DNA of 64,000 bases from Patescibacteria group bacterium (GTDB taxonomy: Bacteria > Patescibacteriota > Patescibacteriia > Buchananbacterales > UBA6539): contig JAQTYZ010000001.1 in NCBI GenBank assembly GCA_028688055.1, forward strand, positions 114,910 to 178,909. The letters are read 5' to 3'. The notes under the pieces are model-generated. The model saw only the letters and a list, made by a program, of their open reading frames with translations, searched no databases and was not told where the DNA came from. A program made the position numbers and the translations under genes. Positions 19,559-28,054 of the stretch are shown piece by piece; within the stretch, counting starts at the first letter, position 1; each line of letters starts with the position of its first letter.

Positions 19559-20070
19559 ATAAATATTTATTAAAATTTGCTAGCATTATATTTATCATAT
19601 TGTTTATTGCGACAATTAGTTATTTGATTTTTGAAAATTTTTCTTTTTTTAGTGCCCAAAAAATTGTGTTGTCAACTTCCGATCAACCGATGATGACGAA
19701 ACTAGGGCCAGCGGTGCGAGTAACTAATAACGACGGTGTCCAAAATATTTTAGCTGGTCCGGTCTATTTTGATTTGCGGTCAATGCCTTGGTTTACTCAG
19801 GCGACGGTTTATTTAACATTTAAGTCGGCGGGAATTAATTTAGAAAATATGGCTTACCAAACTGGCCCTGGTTTTCAATATCAGACCGTCGAACCATTAT
19901 TAGTTGAAGCTATTGGTGATGGTTGGACCAAGGCGACCTTTAGTTTTGAGATGTCAAAAATTTATCAAAAGCGAAATGTCCGGCGATTTCTAATTTCCGT
20001 ATCGCCGAGCGACGAAAATCATATTAAATCTCTTATCCTCAAGGAGCTAACTATTTATTTAAACAAATGA
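19555..20070 (+). CDS. Hypothetical membrane-anchored protein
   Basis: 171 aa with a single N-terminal TM helix; translationally coupled (4-nt overlap) to the upstream GT-C-like gene. Confidence 0.4.
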   Translation: MNKYLLKFASIIFIILFIATISYLIFENFSFFSAQKIVLSTSDQPMMTKLGPAVRVTNNDGVQNILAGPVYFDLRSMPWFTQATVYLTFKSAGINLENMAYQTGPGFQYQTVEPLLVEAIGDGWTKATFSFEMSKIYQKRNVRRFLISVSPSDENHIKSLILKELTIYLNK

Positions 20071-20270
20071 AATCATTTTTTTTAAAATGGGAATCGGACA
20101 GCATCCAGCGGCAGTTAAGCCGCGTCATTTTTCGTTTTAGTTTTGTTGCTTTCGTTTTTTTCAGCGCGGTTGATTTAGTCTGGCCGGGATTTGTCACAAA
20201 TTATTTTAATCCGTTTTGGCTGTTGCTTATTGCTATTATTAGCGGTATACTGGCGATTAATAAGAATTAA
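20067..20270 (+). CDS. Small two-TM membrane protein
   Basis: 67 aa, overlaps the upstream stop by 4 nt, hydrophobic. Confidence 0.3.
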   Translation: MKSFFLKWESDSIQRQLSRVIFRFSFVAFVFFSAVDLVWPGFVTNYFNPFWLLLIAIISGILAINKN

Positions 20271-20280
20271 TAAAAATACA

Positions 20281-20730
20281 ATGATTAATGGTGTCGTCAT
20301 AAAAAAAATCGCTAAATTTACCGACCACCGAGGTTGGCTGGCTGAAGCTTACCGAAACGACGAGACTGATTTTAAACCGGTAATGACCTATATCTCTGAA
20401 ACTAAATCGGGTGTTGTCCGTGGTCCGCATGAACACCAAGGCCAGTCAGATTTTTTTATTTTTATTGTCGGCCAATTCCGACTTTATCTGTGGGATAACC
20501 GTCAGGGCGCTGACAATTATCGCGTTTTAGAAACTTATGATGTCGGTGGAGACAATCCTTGCTCAGTCATTATTCCGCCAGGCGTGGTTCATGCCTATAA
20601 GTGTCTTTCGGAATCCGGCGGTATTACTATTAATTTACCTGATGCCCTCTACGCTGGGCCGGGCAAACAAGCCGCGGTTGACGAAATTCGTTGGGAAGTG
20701 ATGGCCGCTTCTCCGTTTATTGTAAGTTAG
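20281..20730 (+). CDS. dTDP-4-dehydrorhamnose 3,5-epimerase-like cupin (RmlC-like, short form)
   Basis: MINGVVIKKIAKFTDHRGWLAEAYR matches the RmlC N-terminus (G-V-x-I-x(5)-F-x-D-x-RG-x-F-x-E). The ORF track begins at 20191 inside the upstream gene; ATG 20281 matches the family start. Confidence 0.6.
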   Translation: MINGVVIKKIAKFTDHRGWLAEAYRNDETDFKPVMTYISETKSGVVRGPHEHQGQSDFFIFIVGQFRLYLWDNRQGADNYRVLETYDVGGDNPCSVIIPPGVVHAYKCLSESGGITINLPDALYAGPGKQAAVDEIRWEVMAASPFIVS

Positions 20731-20807
20731 AGGAGCTAATTTTAGATTCGACCGGGTGATTCTAAAACACTGAACGAAAATACCCCTTAACTTTAGAGGA
20801 TGGATTT

Positions 20808-22466
20808 ATGCTAACTGCAACTTGGCAACTGGCATCATTGCAATTGCTTTTTTATCTATTTTTAATTATTGGTTTAGCCGTCTATTTATTTTTTAGAAAA
20901 CCAATAGTTTTTGTTGGATTGATTTCAGGATTTTTTTCATTGGCGGCTTGCTTTATTTTTACTAAAGCTTTGTTGCCTTGGTGGGGCCTAAATGGTGATG
21001 AATTGTTTGTGTTTGCTTTTTTGGAAAAAGCAGCAGCCGGAAAATTTTTTGGTGATTTTTTTTATTCCAGTTTGCCGCCATTTTATCCACCCCTTTATTT
21101 TTGGTCGTTGGGCGGTTTGGCTCACTTATTGCATTTGTCAGCCATTCAGGCTGGATTTTTGGGTGTCATATTAGTTTTATTTAGCACACCATTATTAATT
21201 TATTTTTGGCTGGTTATTCGCGGTGAAAAAAATTTTTGGGCGTTGATTTTTTTGCCGTCTTTAATCTACGTTGTTAGTAGTTGGTCAGCCATTATTGTTA
21301 AACCGTACGAATTTGTTTCCGCCGTCTTGTTAGTTTTTTGGACTATTTTTTTGATTAAAGATATTGATGACCGACGGCTAAATAAAAAAAGCATATTTTT
21401 TTATGGTTTAACCGGAGGAATATTATTTTTAACTTTTTACTTTTGGTTTTTAGTCATCCTTTTAGCCCTCGCCATCTGTAAGTTAATGATAAAAACCGAT
21501 CTCAAATACTATTTGAAGAATTGGTTTTTCGTCGGGATAATAGTTTTTATTGTTAGTTTACCATTTACTTTGCCGTTGGCTATTTCATATTTAAATTTTG
21601 GGGCTGAGAATTGGCAGTCAGCTTGGTTTATCGAAGAATATCTAGATTTATATTTACCATTTTTTAGCTGGTCTGTTTTTGGCTTAGTTTCTTTAATTGG
21701 CTTGATTTCCTTAGGCTGGCTGAAAGATAAAATTGAAAGTAAGGTTTTGGGTAGTATTTTATTGGCTTGTTATGGCTGGCAAGGTATCAGTCTTTTAACA
21801 ATTTATTTTTGGGACGCTCCATTTTTACCCGCCAAGCCGTTTTTATTTTTAGGTGGCGCAACTTTATCAATTGCTGCGAGCTTTGGTTTAGCTGAGCTGT
21901 TTGAAAAAATTAAAAATAATAAATTAAAGTTTGGATTATTTGTTGTTGGCTTGGTGCTCTTTTCTTCGCAATCAATTTTTGGGCCACTTTTTTCACCAGA
22001 AGTTGCTTATCATTTAACTTTGATGAAGCAACCTTTGCGTGAAGAGTATTTGAATTTGAAGAATAATTTAGCACTGGTGGCAGATCTCAGGAGCTTAACG
22101 ATTCTTTCAAGCGGTGTACCGCAAATGTCAACGTTCTTTCCGCTTGACTATTATGTCAGTCATAATATTCACTTTTCTCATCCGGCGGCGAATTTTTCGA
22201 CGCGTTATTATTTTGTTCGAAATTTGTCGCAAGCGTCTGACGCTAAGAGTTTTTATCAAGATTTAAAAAATGCGCCCTTGGCCAGGGTTGATGCTTTGCT
22301 CTTGCTCAAAGGGCCCGGGTATTATCCAATTAATTTTTATGTTGACAATTACCCTTTGGGTGGTAAGGCGGTGGAAATCCGTATTCCCGAGCGCTTGATT
22401 GATACCCAATATTTTGTTAAAGTTTTTGAAGATAAGCAATTTGTATTTTTAAGACTTAAAGACTAA
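20808..22466 (+). CDS. Polytopic membrane protein, GT-C-fold glycosyltransferase-like
   Basis: 552 aa. About 13 TM helices and a C-terminal soluble domain; SD AGAGGA upstream. Confidence 0.4.
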   Translation: MLTATWQLASLQLLFYLFLIIGLAVYLFFRKPIVFVGLISGFFSLAACFIFTKALLPWWGLNGDELFVFAFLEKAAAGKFFGDFFYSSLPPFYPPLYFWSLGGLAHLLHLSAIQAGFLGVILVLFSTPLLIYFWLVIRGEKNFWALIFLPSLIYVVSSWSAIIVKPYEFVSAVLLVFWTIFLIKDIDDRRLNKKSIFFYGLTGGILFLTFYFWFLVILLALAICKLMIKTDLKYYLKNWFFVGIIVFIVSLPFTLPLAISYLNFGAENWQSAWFIEEYLDLYLPFFSWSVFGLVSLIGLISLGWLKDKIESKVLGSILLACYGWQGISLLTIYFWDAPFLPAKPFLFLGGATLSIAASFGLAELFEKIKNNKLKFGLFVVGLVLFSSQSIFGPLFSPEVAYHLTLMKQPLREEYLNLKNNLALVADLRSLTILSSGVPQMSTFFPLDYYVSHNIHFSHPAANFSTRYYFVRNLSQASDAKSFYQDLKNAPLARVDALLLLKGPGYYPINFYVDNYPLGGKAVEIRIPERLIDTQYFVKVFEDKQFVFLRLKD

Positions 22467-22470
22467 GGAT

Positions 22471-22887
22471 ATGGCTTGGGATTGTGTATTTTGTAAAATT
22501 GTAAATAATGAAATTCCTTGCTTCAAAGTTGCTGAAAATGACAGTAATTTAGCTTTTTTGGATATTGCGCCGGTTAATTCCGGCCATACTTTGGTGATTC
22601 CAAAAAAACACTATGCTAATTTAGAAGAAATACCCGTCGCTGAATTGAGCAGTTTGATGGCTTTAGTTAAATCAGTTGGTCTGGCAATTAAAGCCGGGTT
22701 AAATTATGACGGTTATAATATTGGCGTTAATAATGATCCAGTCGCGGGTCAGCTTATCCCGCATCTTCATTTTCATGTAATGCCGCGCCAACCCGATGAC
22801 GGTTTAAAACTTTGGCCGCAGCGTCAATATGCTGCTGGTGAAGCGGAGCAGACTGCTAATAAAATTAAACAAGCAATTAAATTATGA
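22471..22887 (+). CDS. HIT-family (histidine triad) nucleotide hydrolase/transferase
   Basis: HLHFHVMPR histidine triad and N-terminal CxxC (CVFCKI). Confidence 0.8.
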   Translation: MAWDCVFCKIVNNEIPCFKVAENDSNLAFLDIAPVNSGHTLVIPKKHYANLEEIPVAELSSLMALVKSVGLAIKAGLNYDGYNIGVNNDPVAGQLIPHLHFHVMPRQPDDGLKLWPQRQYAAGEAEQTANKIKQAIKL

Positions 22888-23900
22888 AAGTTCTAGTGAC
22901 TGGCGGCGCCGGGTTTATCGGTACCAATTTTATTCGGTATTGGTTGAAAGCTCATCCTGATGATGAGATTATTAATTTTGACAAATTAACTTATGCTGGC
23001 AATGCCGAAAGTCTGAAAGATTTAGCAGGTAATCCTAAATACAAATTTATTGTTGGTGACATTGTTAATGAAGATATTATTGGCAGTCTGGTTGAGCAGT
23101 GCGAATTGGTTGTTCATTTTGCCGCTGAGTCGCACGTCGATCGATCAATTATTAACGCTGAAGAGTTTGTCCGGACCAATGTTTTGGGCACTCAAATTAT
23201 TTTGCAGGCGGTTCGTGAACACGATCGACGACTCCACCATGTTTCGACCGATGAAGTTTTTGGCGCTTTGCCATTGGGCTCTAAAGAAAAATTTAACGAA
23301 CTGACGCCTTATAATCCTTCTAGCCCTTATGCGGCTTCCAAGGCGGGTTCTGATCATTTAGTTCGAGCTTTCTACCATACTTATAAAATCGATGCGACCA
23401 TCAGTAATTGTTCAAATAATTTCGGACCGTATCAGTTTCCCGAAAAATTTATTCCGTTGGTAATTACTAATATTTTGGAAGGCAAAAAAGTTCCCGTTTA
23501 CGGCGATGGGCTTTATGTTCGTGACTGGCTTTATGTCGACGATCATTGCCACGCTATTGATTTGATCATCAACCAGGGCAAATCAGGGGAGACTTATTGT
23601 ATTGGCGGCATGACTAATGATATTAGTAACCTCGAAGTCGTTAAAAAGATTTTGAAAATTTTGGGCCAAGGTGAAGATGTGATTGAAATGATTACTGATC
23701 GTCCTGGTCATGACCGACGTTACGCCATTGATTGGTCCAAGGCGCAACAAGAGCTGGGTTACCAACCGGAAAACGATTTTGATAATTATTTAGAGCAAAC
23801 CGTTAAATGGTATCAAAATAATCAGGACTGGTGGCAGCGCGTTAAGAGCGGGGAGTATCAGCGCTATTACGAGCAGCAGTATGGAAAGGTTGGTAACTAA
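22884..23900 (+). CDS. rfbB: dTDP-glucose 4,6-dehydratase
   Basis: MKVLVTGGAGFIGTNF, catalytic region SPYAASKAGSDHLVRAF (YxxxK) and STDEVFG; length 338 aa. Confidence 0.9.
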   Translation: MKVLVTGGAGFIGTNFIRYWLKAHPDDEIINFDKLTYAGNAESLKDLAGNPKYKFIVGDIVNEDIIGSLVEQCELVVHFAAESHVDRSIINAEEFVRTNVLGTQIILQAVREHDRRLHHVSTDEVFGALPLGSKEKFNELTPYNPSSPYAASKAGSDHLVRAFYHTYKIDATISNCSNNFGPYQFPEKFIPLVITNILEGKKVPVYGDGLYVRDWLYVDDHCHAIDLIINQGKSGETYCIGGMTNDISNLEVVKKILKILGQGEDVIEMITDRPGHDRRYAIDWSKAQQELGYQPENDFDNYLEQTVKWYQNNQDWWQRVKSGEYQRYYEQQYGKVGN

Positions 23901-24592
23901 TGACCGAGCAGCAAATTTTAAAACGCATCTATCCGTCTGTTGTCACTTTTATGAGCGATTGGCGGTCGATGTTAAAAGATGTCAAGCACTTTGGTCTAAC
24001 CGACATCTCATTATTTTTGACAGGTGTTGGCCCAACCGAGCGCCGCGAAATTTATCAACAATTGCAGTTAACCAGCGTTAATACCATTCCGCATGTCCAT
24101 GCCCGAAATGACATGACCGAAGCTGAGCTTGATTGGTTGGTTAAAAAATATAAAACCAAAGCGTTCACGGTTCATTTCAAGTATTTTAAATTCTTTATTC
24201 GTTCTAAACACGTCAAAAAAATGTTTGTCGAAAACAATTTTGGCGTCAATCGAATTACGGAATTTAGCGTTTTGAAAAAAGGCGGTGGTATCTGTCTTGA
24301 TCTATCACATGTTGTCGATTACGCAATCTATCAGCCTAGGGCGGCAGCGACAACTACCGAAGCAGTTAAACATTTTAAGATCGGTTGTAATCACTTGAGC
24401 GCGGTTAAAGCTGATGGTAAAAGTTGGCACTACGCTAAGACTAAATCAGAATTGGCATACGTGACGGAACTACCTAAAAAATATTTTTCAAACTACATAA
24501 ATTTAGAGCTGGCAAATTCGATTCCGCAGCAACTAGAGTTTCGCGATTATTTAGCTCGTATCCTTGCAAAACAATGGAACAAAAAATTTTAA
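23900..24592 (+). CDS. Hypothetical protein (possibly a xylose-isomerase-like TIM-barrel sugar epimerase; weak)
   Basis: 230 aa; no confident family assignment; embedded between rfbB and rfbD. Confidence 0.35.
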   Translation: MTEQQILKRIYPSVVTFMSDWRSMLKDVKHFGLTDISLFLTGVGPTERREIYQQLQLTSVNTIPHVHARNDMTEAELDWLVKKYKTKAFTVHFKYFKFFIRSKHVKKMFVENNFGVNRITEFSVLKKGGGICLDLSHVVDYAIYQPRAAATTTEAVKHFKIGCNHLSAVKADGKSWHYAKTKSELAYVTELPKKYFSNYINLELANSIPQQLEFRDYLARILAKQWNKKF

Positions 24593-25428
24593 TTCTGGGG
24601 GCAAGTGGCATGCTAGGGCATGATCTTACCAAAGCCTTTTCCGGCCGTGAGGTTTTTGCTTGGGATATGTCAGCTTTGGATATTACTGATGGAACGGCGG
24701 TTGAACGTAAAATTACAACTTTAAAGCCGACCATTGTCATTAATGCCGCGGCTTATACTGATGTTGACGGGGCTGAGAAAAATGAAGCGCTGGCATCCAA
24801 AATTAATGGTGAGGCCGTTGGCTATCTGGCAGCAGTTTGCCAAAAAATTGGGGCACTATTAGTCCATTACAGTACGGAATACGTTTTTGACGGTCAAAAT
24901 AATGACGGTTATGACGAAACTTCACTAGTTAGCCCGATTAATGCTTATGGTCGATCAAAGGCCAAGGGTGAGGCACTGTTACAACAGTATGGCGAGATGT
25001 TTTATTTGATTCGTAGCTCGTGGTTGTATGGTAAAGCGCCACAAGTCGGTAAGCCGCGTGGTTTGAATTTTGTTGAGACTATGCTAAAATTAGCCCAGGA
25101 AATAAAAGAGATTGATGTTGTCTCCGATCAGTTTGGTAAACCGACCTATGCGGCTGACTTAGCGGTTGCCACGCGTCAGCTCGTGGATAGTGCTAAACCT
25201 TGCGGTATTTATCATATCACCAACGATGGCGCTTGTAGCTGGTACGATTTTGCCAAAAAGATTTTTGAGATCAAAGGTATTGATGTTAAGGTTAATCCAA
25301 TTAAGACCGAAGATTACCCATTTAAAACCCCGCGGCCAAAGTTCGCGGTGTTACAGAATACCAAGTTAGAACCGTTACGAAGTTGGGAAGAGGCGCTGAA
25401 GGAATATCTTGAGGGAGTTACAAGCTAA
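24574..25428 (+). CDS. rfbD: dTDP-4-dehydrorhamnose reductase
   Basis: MEQKILILGASGMLG Rossmann start, NAAAYTDVDGAE and YGRSKAKGE (YxxxK) motifs; 284 aa. Confidence 0.85.
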   Translation: MEQKILILGASGMLGHDLTKAFSGREVFAWDMSALDITDGTAVERKITTLKPTIVINAAAYTDVDGAEKNEALASKINGEAVGYLAAVCQKIGALLVHYSTEYVFDGQNNDGYDETSLVSPINAYGRSKAKGEALLQQYGEMFYLIRSSWLYGKAPQVGKPRGLNFVETMLKLAQEIKEIDVVSDQFGKPTYAADLAVATRQLVDSAKPCGIYHITNDGACSWYDFAKKIFEIKGIDVKVNPIKTEDYPFKTPRPKFAVLQNTKLEPLRSWEEALKEYLEGVTS

Positions 25429-25440
25429 AATTGGAGTGTC

Positions 25441-25488
25441 ATGCCGAACTCGTTTCGGCATCTCGAGATCCTGAATCAAGTTCAGGAT
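25441..25488. promoter_or_regulatory. Two consecutive perfect 8-bp-stem hairpins (ATGCCGAA-ctcgt-TTCGGCAT and ATCCTGAA-tcaag-TTCAGGAT) in the rfbD-downstream intergenic region
   Basis: Seen directly in the sequence. No adjacent U-tract, so not a canonical intrinsic terminator; could be a structured RNA or a protein-binding site. Confidence 0.3.
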
Positions 25489-25522
25489 GACAAAAAAGGT
25501 TGTAAAGTAATTAGTAAATAAT

Positions 25523-25864
25523 ATGGATCTTAAAGAATTTACAAAAGGCGTTATACAAGAAATATCTGAGGCAGTTGAAGAGGTGAATCAAACATCTCAA
25601 CGTGAAACAATTTTGTACACCAGTCAAGAAAAGAGAACTGTTGAATTCGATGTAGCAGTGACCGTGGAAGAAAGGGACAAAGGTGGTGGAAAGGGAGGTA
25701 TTAAGGTGTTAGGTTTAGTAACTGCAGAAGGAGGAGGAACTAAAGAGGTTACCAGTTCAACAGTCAGTAGAATTCAGTTTGGTGTAAATATTTCATTGAG
25801 AAAAAAAGGAGAAAGCGGCTTATCTGTCTCTCAGCCTAACCTTACTTATAATAGAGGAGGGTAG
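25523..25864 (+). CDS. Hypothetical small protein (Gly/Lys/Glu-rich, purine-rich coding sequence)
   Basis: 113-aa ORF whose composition (long A/G runs, GGGKGG and GGGTKE) differs from its neighbours. A strong AGGAGGG just after it serves the next gene. Confidence 0.35.
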   Translation: MDLKEFTKGVIQEISEAVEEVNQTSQRETILYTSQEKRTVEFDVAVTVEERDKGGGKGGIKVLGLVTAEGGGTKEVTSSTVSRIQFGVNISLRKKGESGLSVSQPNLTYNRGG

Positions 25865-25870
25865 CACTTT

Positions 25871-26590
25871 ATGAAAGGAATTATCTTAGCCGGTGGAACC
25901 GGTTCACGGCTTTCACCATTAACCAAAGTTACCAATAAGCACTTATTGCCGATTTATGATCGGCCGATGATTTATTACCCGATTCAGACGCTGGTGAAGG
26001 CGGGTATCATTGACATTATGATTGTGTCAGGTAAAGGTCATGCGGGGCAGTTTTTAGAGCTATTACAGTCGGGTAAAGAACTCGGTGCCAAATTTTCCTA
26101 TGGCGTTCAGGAAGAAGCTGGTGGCATTGCTCAAGCTTTGGCAGTTTGTCAGGATTTTGCCGATCAAGAAAAGGTGGTGGTGATGCTGGGTGATAATATC
26201 TTGGAAGATGACGTAACTTTAGCGGTGCAAGACTTTGAGCAGCAAGCCAGCGGCGCCAAAATATTTTTAAAGGAAGTTGATGATCCGCGTTCATTTGGGG
26301 TGGCGGAAATTGCCGGTGATAAAATTGTCAGCATTGTGGAAAAGCCCAAAACTCCTAAAAGCAATTTGGCCGTGGTTGGACTCTATATGTATGATAATCA
26401 AGTTTGGGAGGTAATAAAAAAATTAAAGCCCTCGGGACGTGGTGAGCTTGAAATTACCGACGTGAATAATTATTACGTCGAAAAAAATCAGATGACTTTT
26501 AGTAGCTTGAGCGGTTGGTGGGGCGATGGTGGGGAATCATTTGATAGCCTCTTGAAGGCGGGAAATTTGGTAGCTCAAAGTAGACAATAA
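25871..26590 (+). CDS. Glucose-1-phosphate thymidylyltransferase-like sugar nucleotidyltransferase (RmlA-like, short form)
   Basis: MKGIILAGGTGSRLSPLTKVTNKHLLPIYDRPMIYYPIQ matches the RmlA N-terminal signature G-x-G-T-R-L-x-P-x-T; 239 aa. Confidence 0.75.
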   Translation: MKGIILAGGTGSRLSPLTKVTNKHLLPIYDRPMIYYPIQTLVKAGIIDIMIVSGKGHAGQFLELLQSGKELGAKFSYGVQEEAGGIAQALAVCQDFADQEKVVVMLGDNILEDDVTLAVQDFEQQASGAKIFLKEVDDPRSFGVAEIAGDKIVSIVEKPKTPKSNLAVVGLYMYDNQVWEVIKKLKPSGRGELEITDVNNYYVEKNQMTFSSLSGWWGDGGESFDSLLKAGNLVAQSRQ

Positions 26591-26591
26591 A

Positions 26592-27962
26592 CTATTGTAA
26601 ATTTAGTTGGTAAATGCCGGCTTGTTTACCGGCCTTACCGTAAAAGTATAAATTATTGTTGCTGGAATCAATAATCATCTTATTGATTTCCGGTAGATGA
26701 CTTAGTAGTAAGTCATTTTTGGTGTCAGTTTTTGCCGTTTCAATCGCTCTAATTTCATTCGCTGTTTGATAAATGATATAGGTGCCATTAACGTACCAGA
26801 CGGCGCGACTGATGGGTTCGCTGTAGCGGTTAATTAGGTTTTTATCGCCACCCTCGACGTTGAATGTCCATAATTCAAAATCGGTATAATATAATATTGA
26901 TTTATAGTCCGGTGACCAACTGATTGCTTTTGCCTTGTCTTGTAAGACAATATTTTGGTCAATATTTTCCTGACCAAAAGAATCGCTTTTGATTATAAAT
27001 AAGTCATTACTTAATGAGTCCAATAATACCAAATAATTTGAGGTAGTCTTTTGCAACGAAAAATCAGATACCGTTGGCAGTTTAATTTTATCAATTTTTG
27101 CTTCCGCACTCGACGGATTATAGCGGTTTAAATATTGGTTGCCGTCATTTTTTGTGATGTAGTATATGAAAGTATCGCCAGCCTGAAAATCGGCGATGTT
27201 ATCAGTCACGATGTTTTTAACGGTGTTTTCATCAATGTTTATTTCATATAAAATTTTGTCTCTCAATCCATAAAGCAACCCATTGTTACTGTTAGACCAT
27301 TTAATTGACGAAAAATTAATCTTTGAGGTGGTCAGTAAATCACGGACTTTAAGCGTATTAATGTCGATAATTAAATAGCGATTAAAATCGCCGATTATTT
27401 CTTTAATAATGGCTTGGGATTGGTCCGGCGACCATTGGACAAAGCTAATTGTACTGTACGATTGCTTATCAAAAGTTTGAATTGAAAATTGGGTGTCGGT
27501 GTTAAGGTTAAGTAATTTTAATTCCTCGCCAGCGTCGGTGATTAGCGAAAAAATTATTTTGTCCCGCGCTGGGGCATCGGCAAAGATATTAATTTGCCCT
27601 TCAATCACATTGATTGGTAAACTTTTTCGAAATAGGATAATGTTTCGACTAAAAGTTGTTAAGTTGCTCTTAACCTCTAATTTTTTTTGCCAAGTATAAT
27701 AACCCTTTTTTTCAATTTCCACCTGATAGTCGCCCGGTAATAATCTGGTAAATCTCATCGGCGTTTTATTTTCGAATTTGCCGTTGAGAAAGATTAGCGC
27801 GCCGTTTGGTTCAGAGTCAAGATACAAGACGCCGGTTTTTTGCAGGCGATTATTTTGAAAATCATAACGGTAACCGGCCGTATAAAGAATGATGGCTGGG
27901 GTGGCCAAAATGAAGGCCAAAATGAAGGTGATGTAGATGATTCGCTGGTATTTTAATTTCAT
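26592..27962 (-). CDS. Membrane-anchored PEGA-domain protein with C-terminal beta-propeller-like region
   Basis: N-terminal TM helix, then a PEGA-like beta-sandwich (LYLDSEPNGALIFLNGK...PGDYQVEIEKKGYYTWQKKLEV), then about 300 aa of WD/TolB-like repeats. Confidence 0.55.
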   Translation of the reverse strand: MKLKYQRIIYITFILAFILATPAIILYTAGYRYDFQNNRLQKTGVLYLDSEPNGALIFLNGKFENKTPMRFTRLLPGDYQVEIEKKGYYTWQKKLEVKSNLTTFSRNIILFRKSLPINVIEGQINIFADAPARDKIIFSLITDAGEELKLLNLNTDTQFSIQTFDKQSYSTISFVQWSPDQSQAIIKEIIGDFNRYLIIDINTLKVRDLLTTSKINFSSIKWSNSNNGLLYGLRDKILYEINIDENTVKNIVTDNIADFQAGDTFIYYITKNDGNQYLNRYNPSSAEAKIDKIKLPTVSDFSLQKTTSNYLVLLDSLSNDLFIIKSDSFGQENIDQNIVLQDKAKAISWSPDYKSILYYTDFELWTFNVEGGDKNLINRYSEPISRAVWYVNGTYIIYQTANEIRAIETAKTDTKNDLLLSHLPEINKMIIDSSNNNLYFYGKAGKQAGIYQLNLQ

Positions 27963-27969
27963 TGTCGTT

Positions 27970-27998
27970 CTTGCCAGTTAGGCGGTAAAATAGTATTA
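27970..27998 (+). promoter_or_regulatory. Sigma70-like promoter (-35 TTGCCA, 17-nt spacer, -10 TATTAT) upstream of murA
   Basis: Consensus hexamers with optimal spacing, about 55 nt upstream of the murA ATG. Confidence 0.4.
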
Positions 27999-28054
27999 TT
28001 AAAAAGTCTAAACTATCAGAATTTTAGCAAATTTTTCTGTTTTTTCCTAATCTT

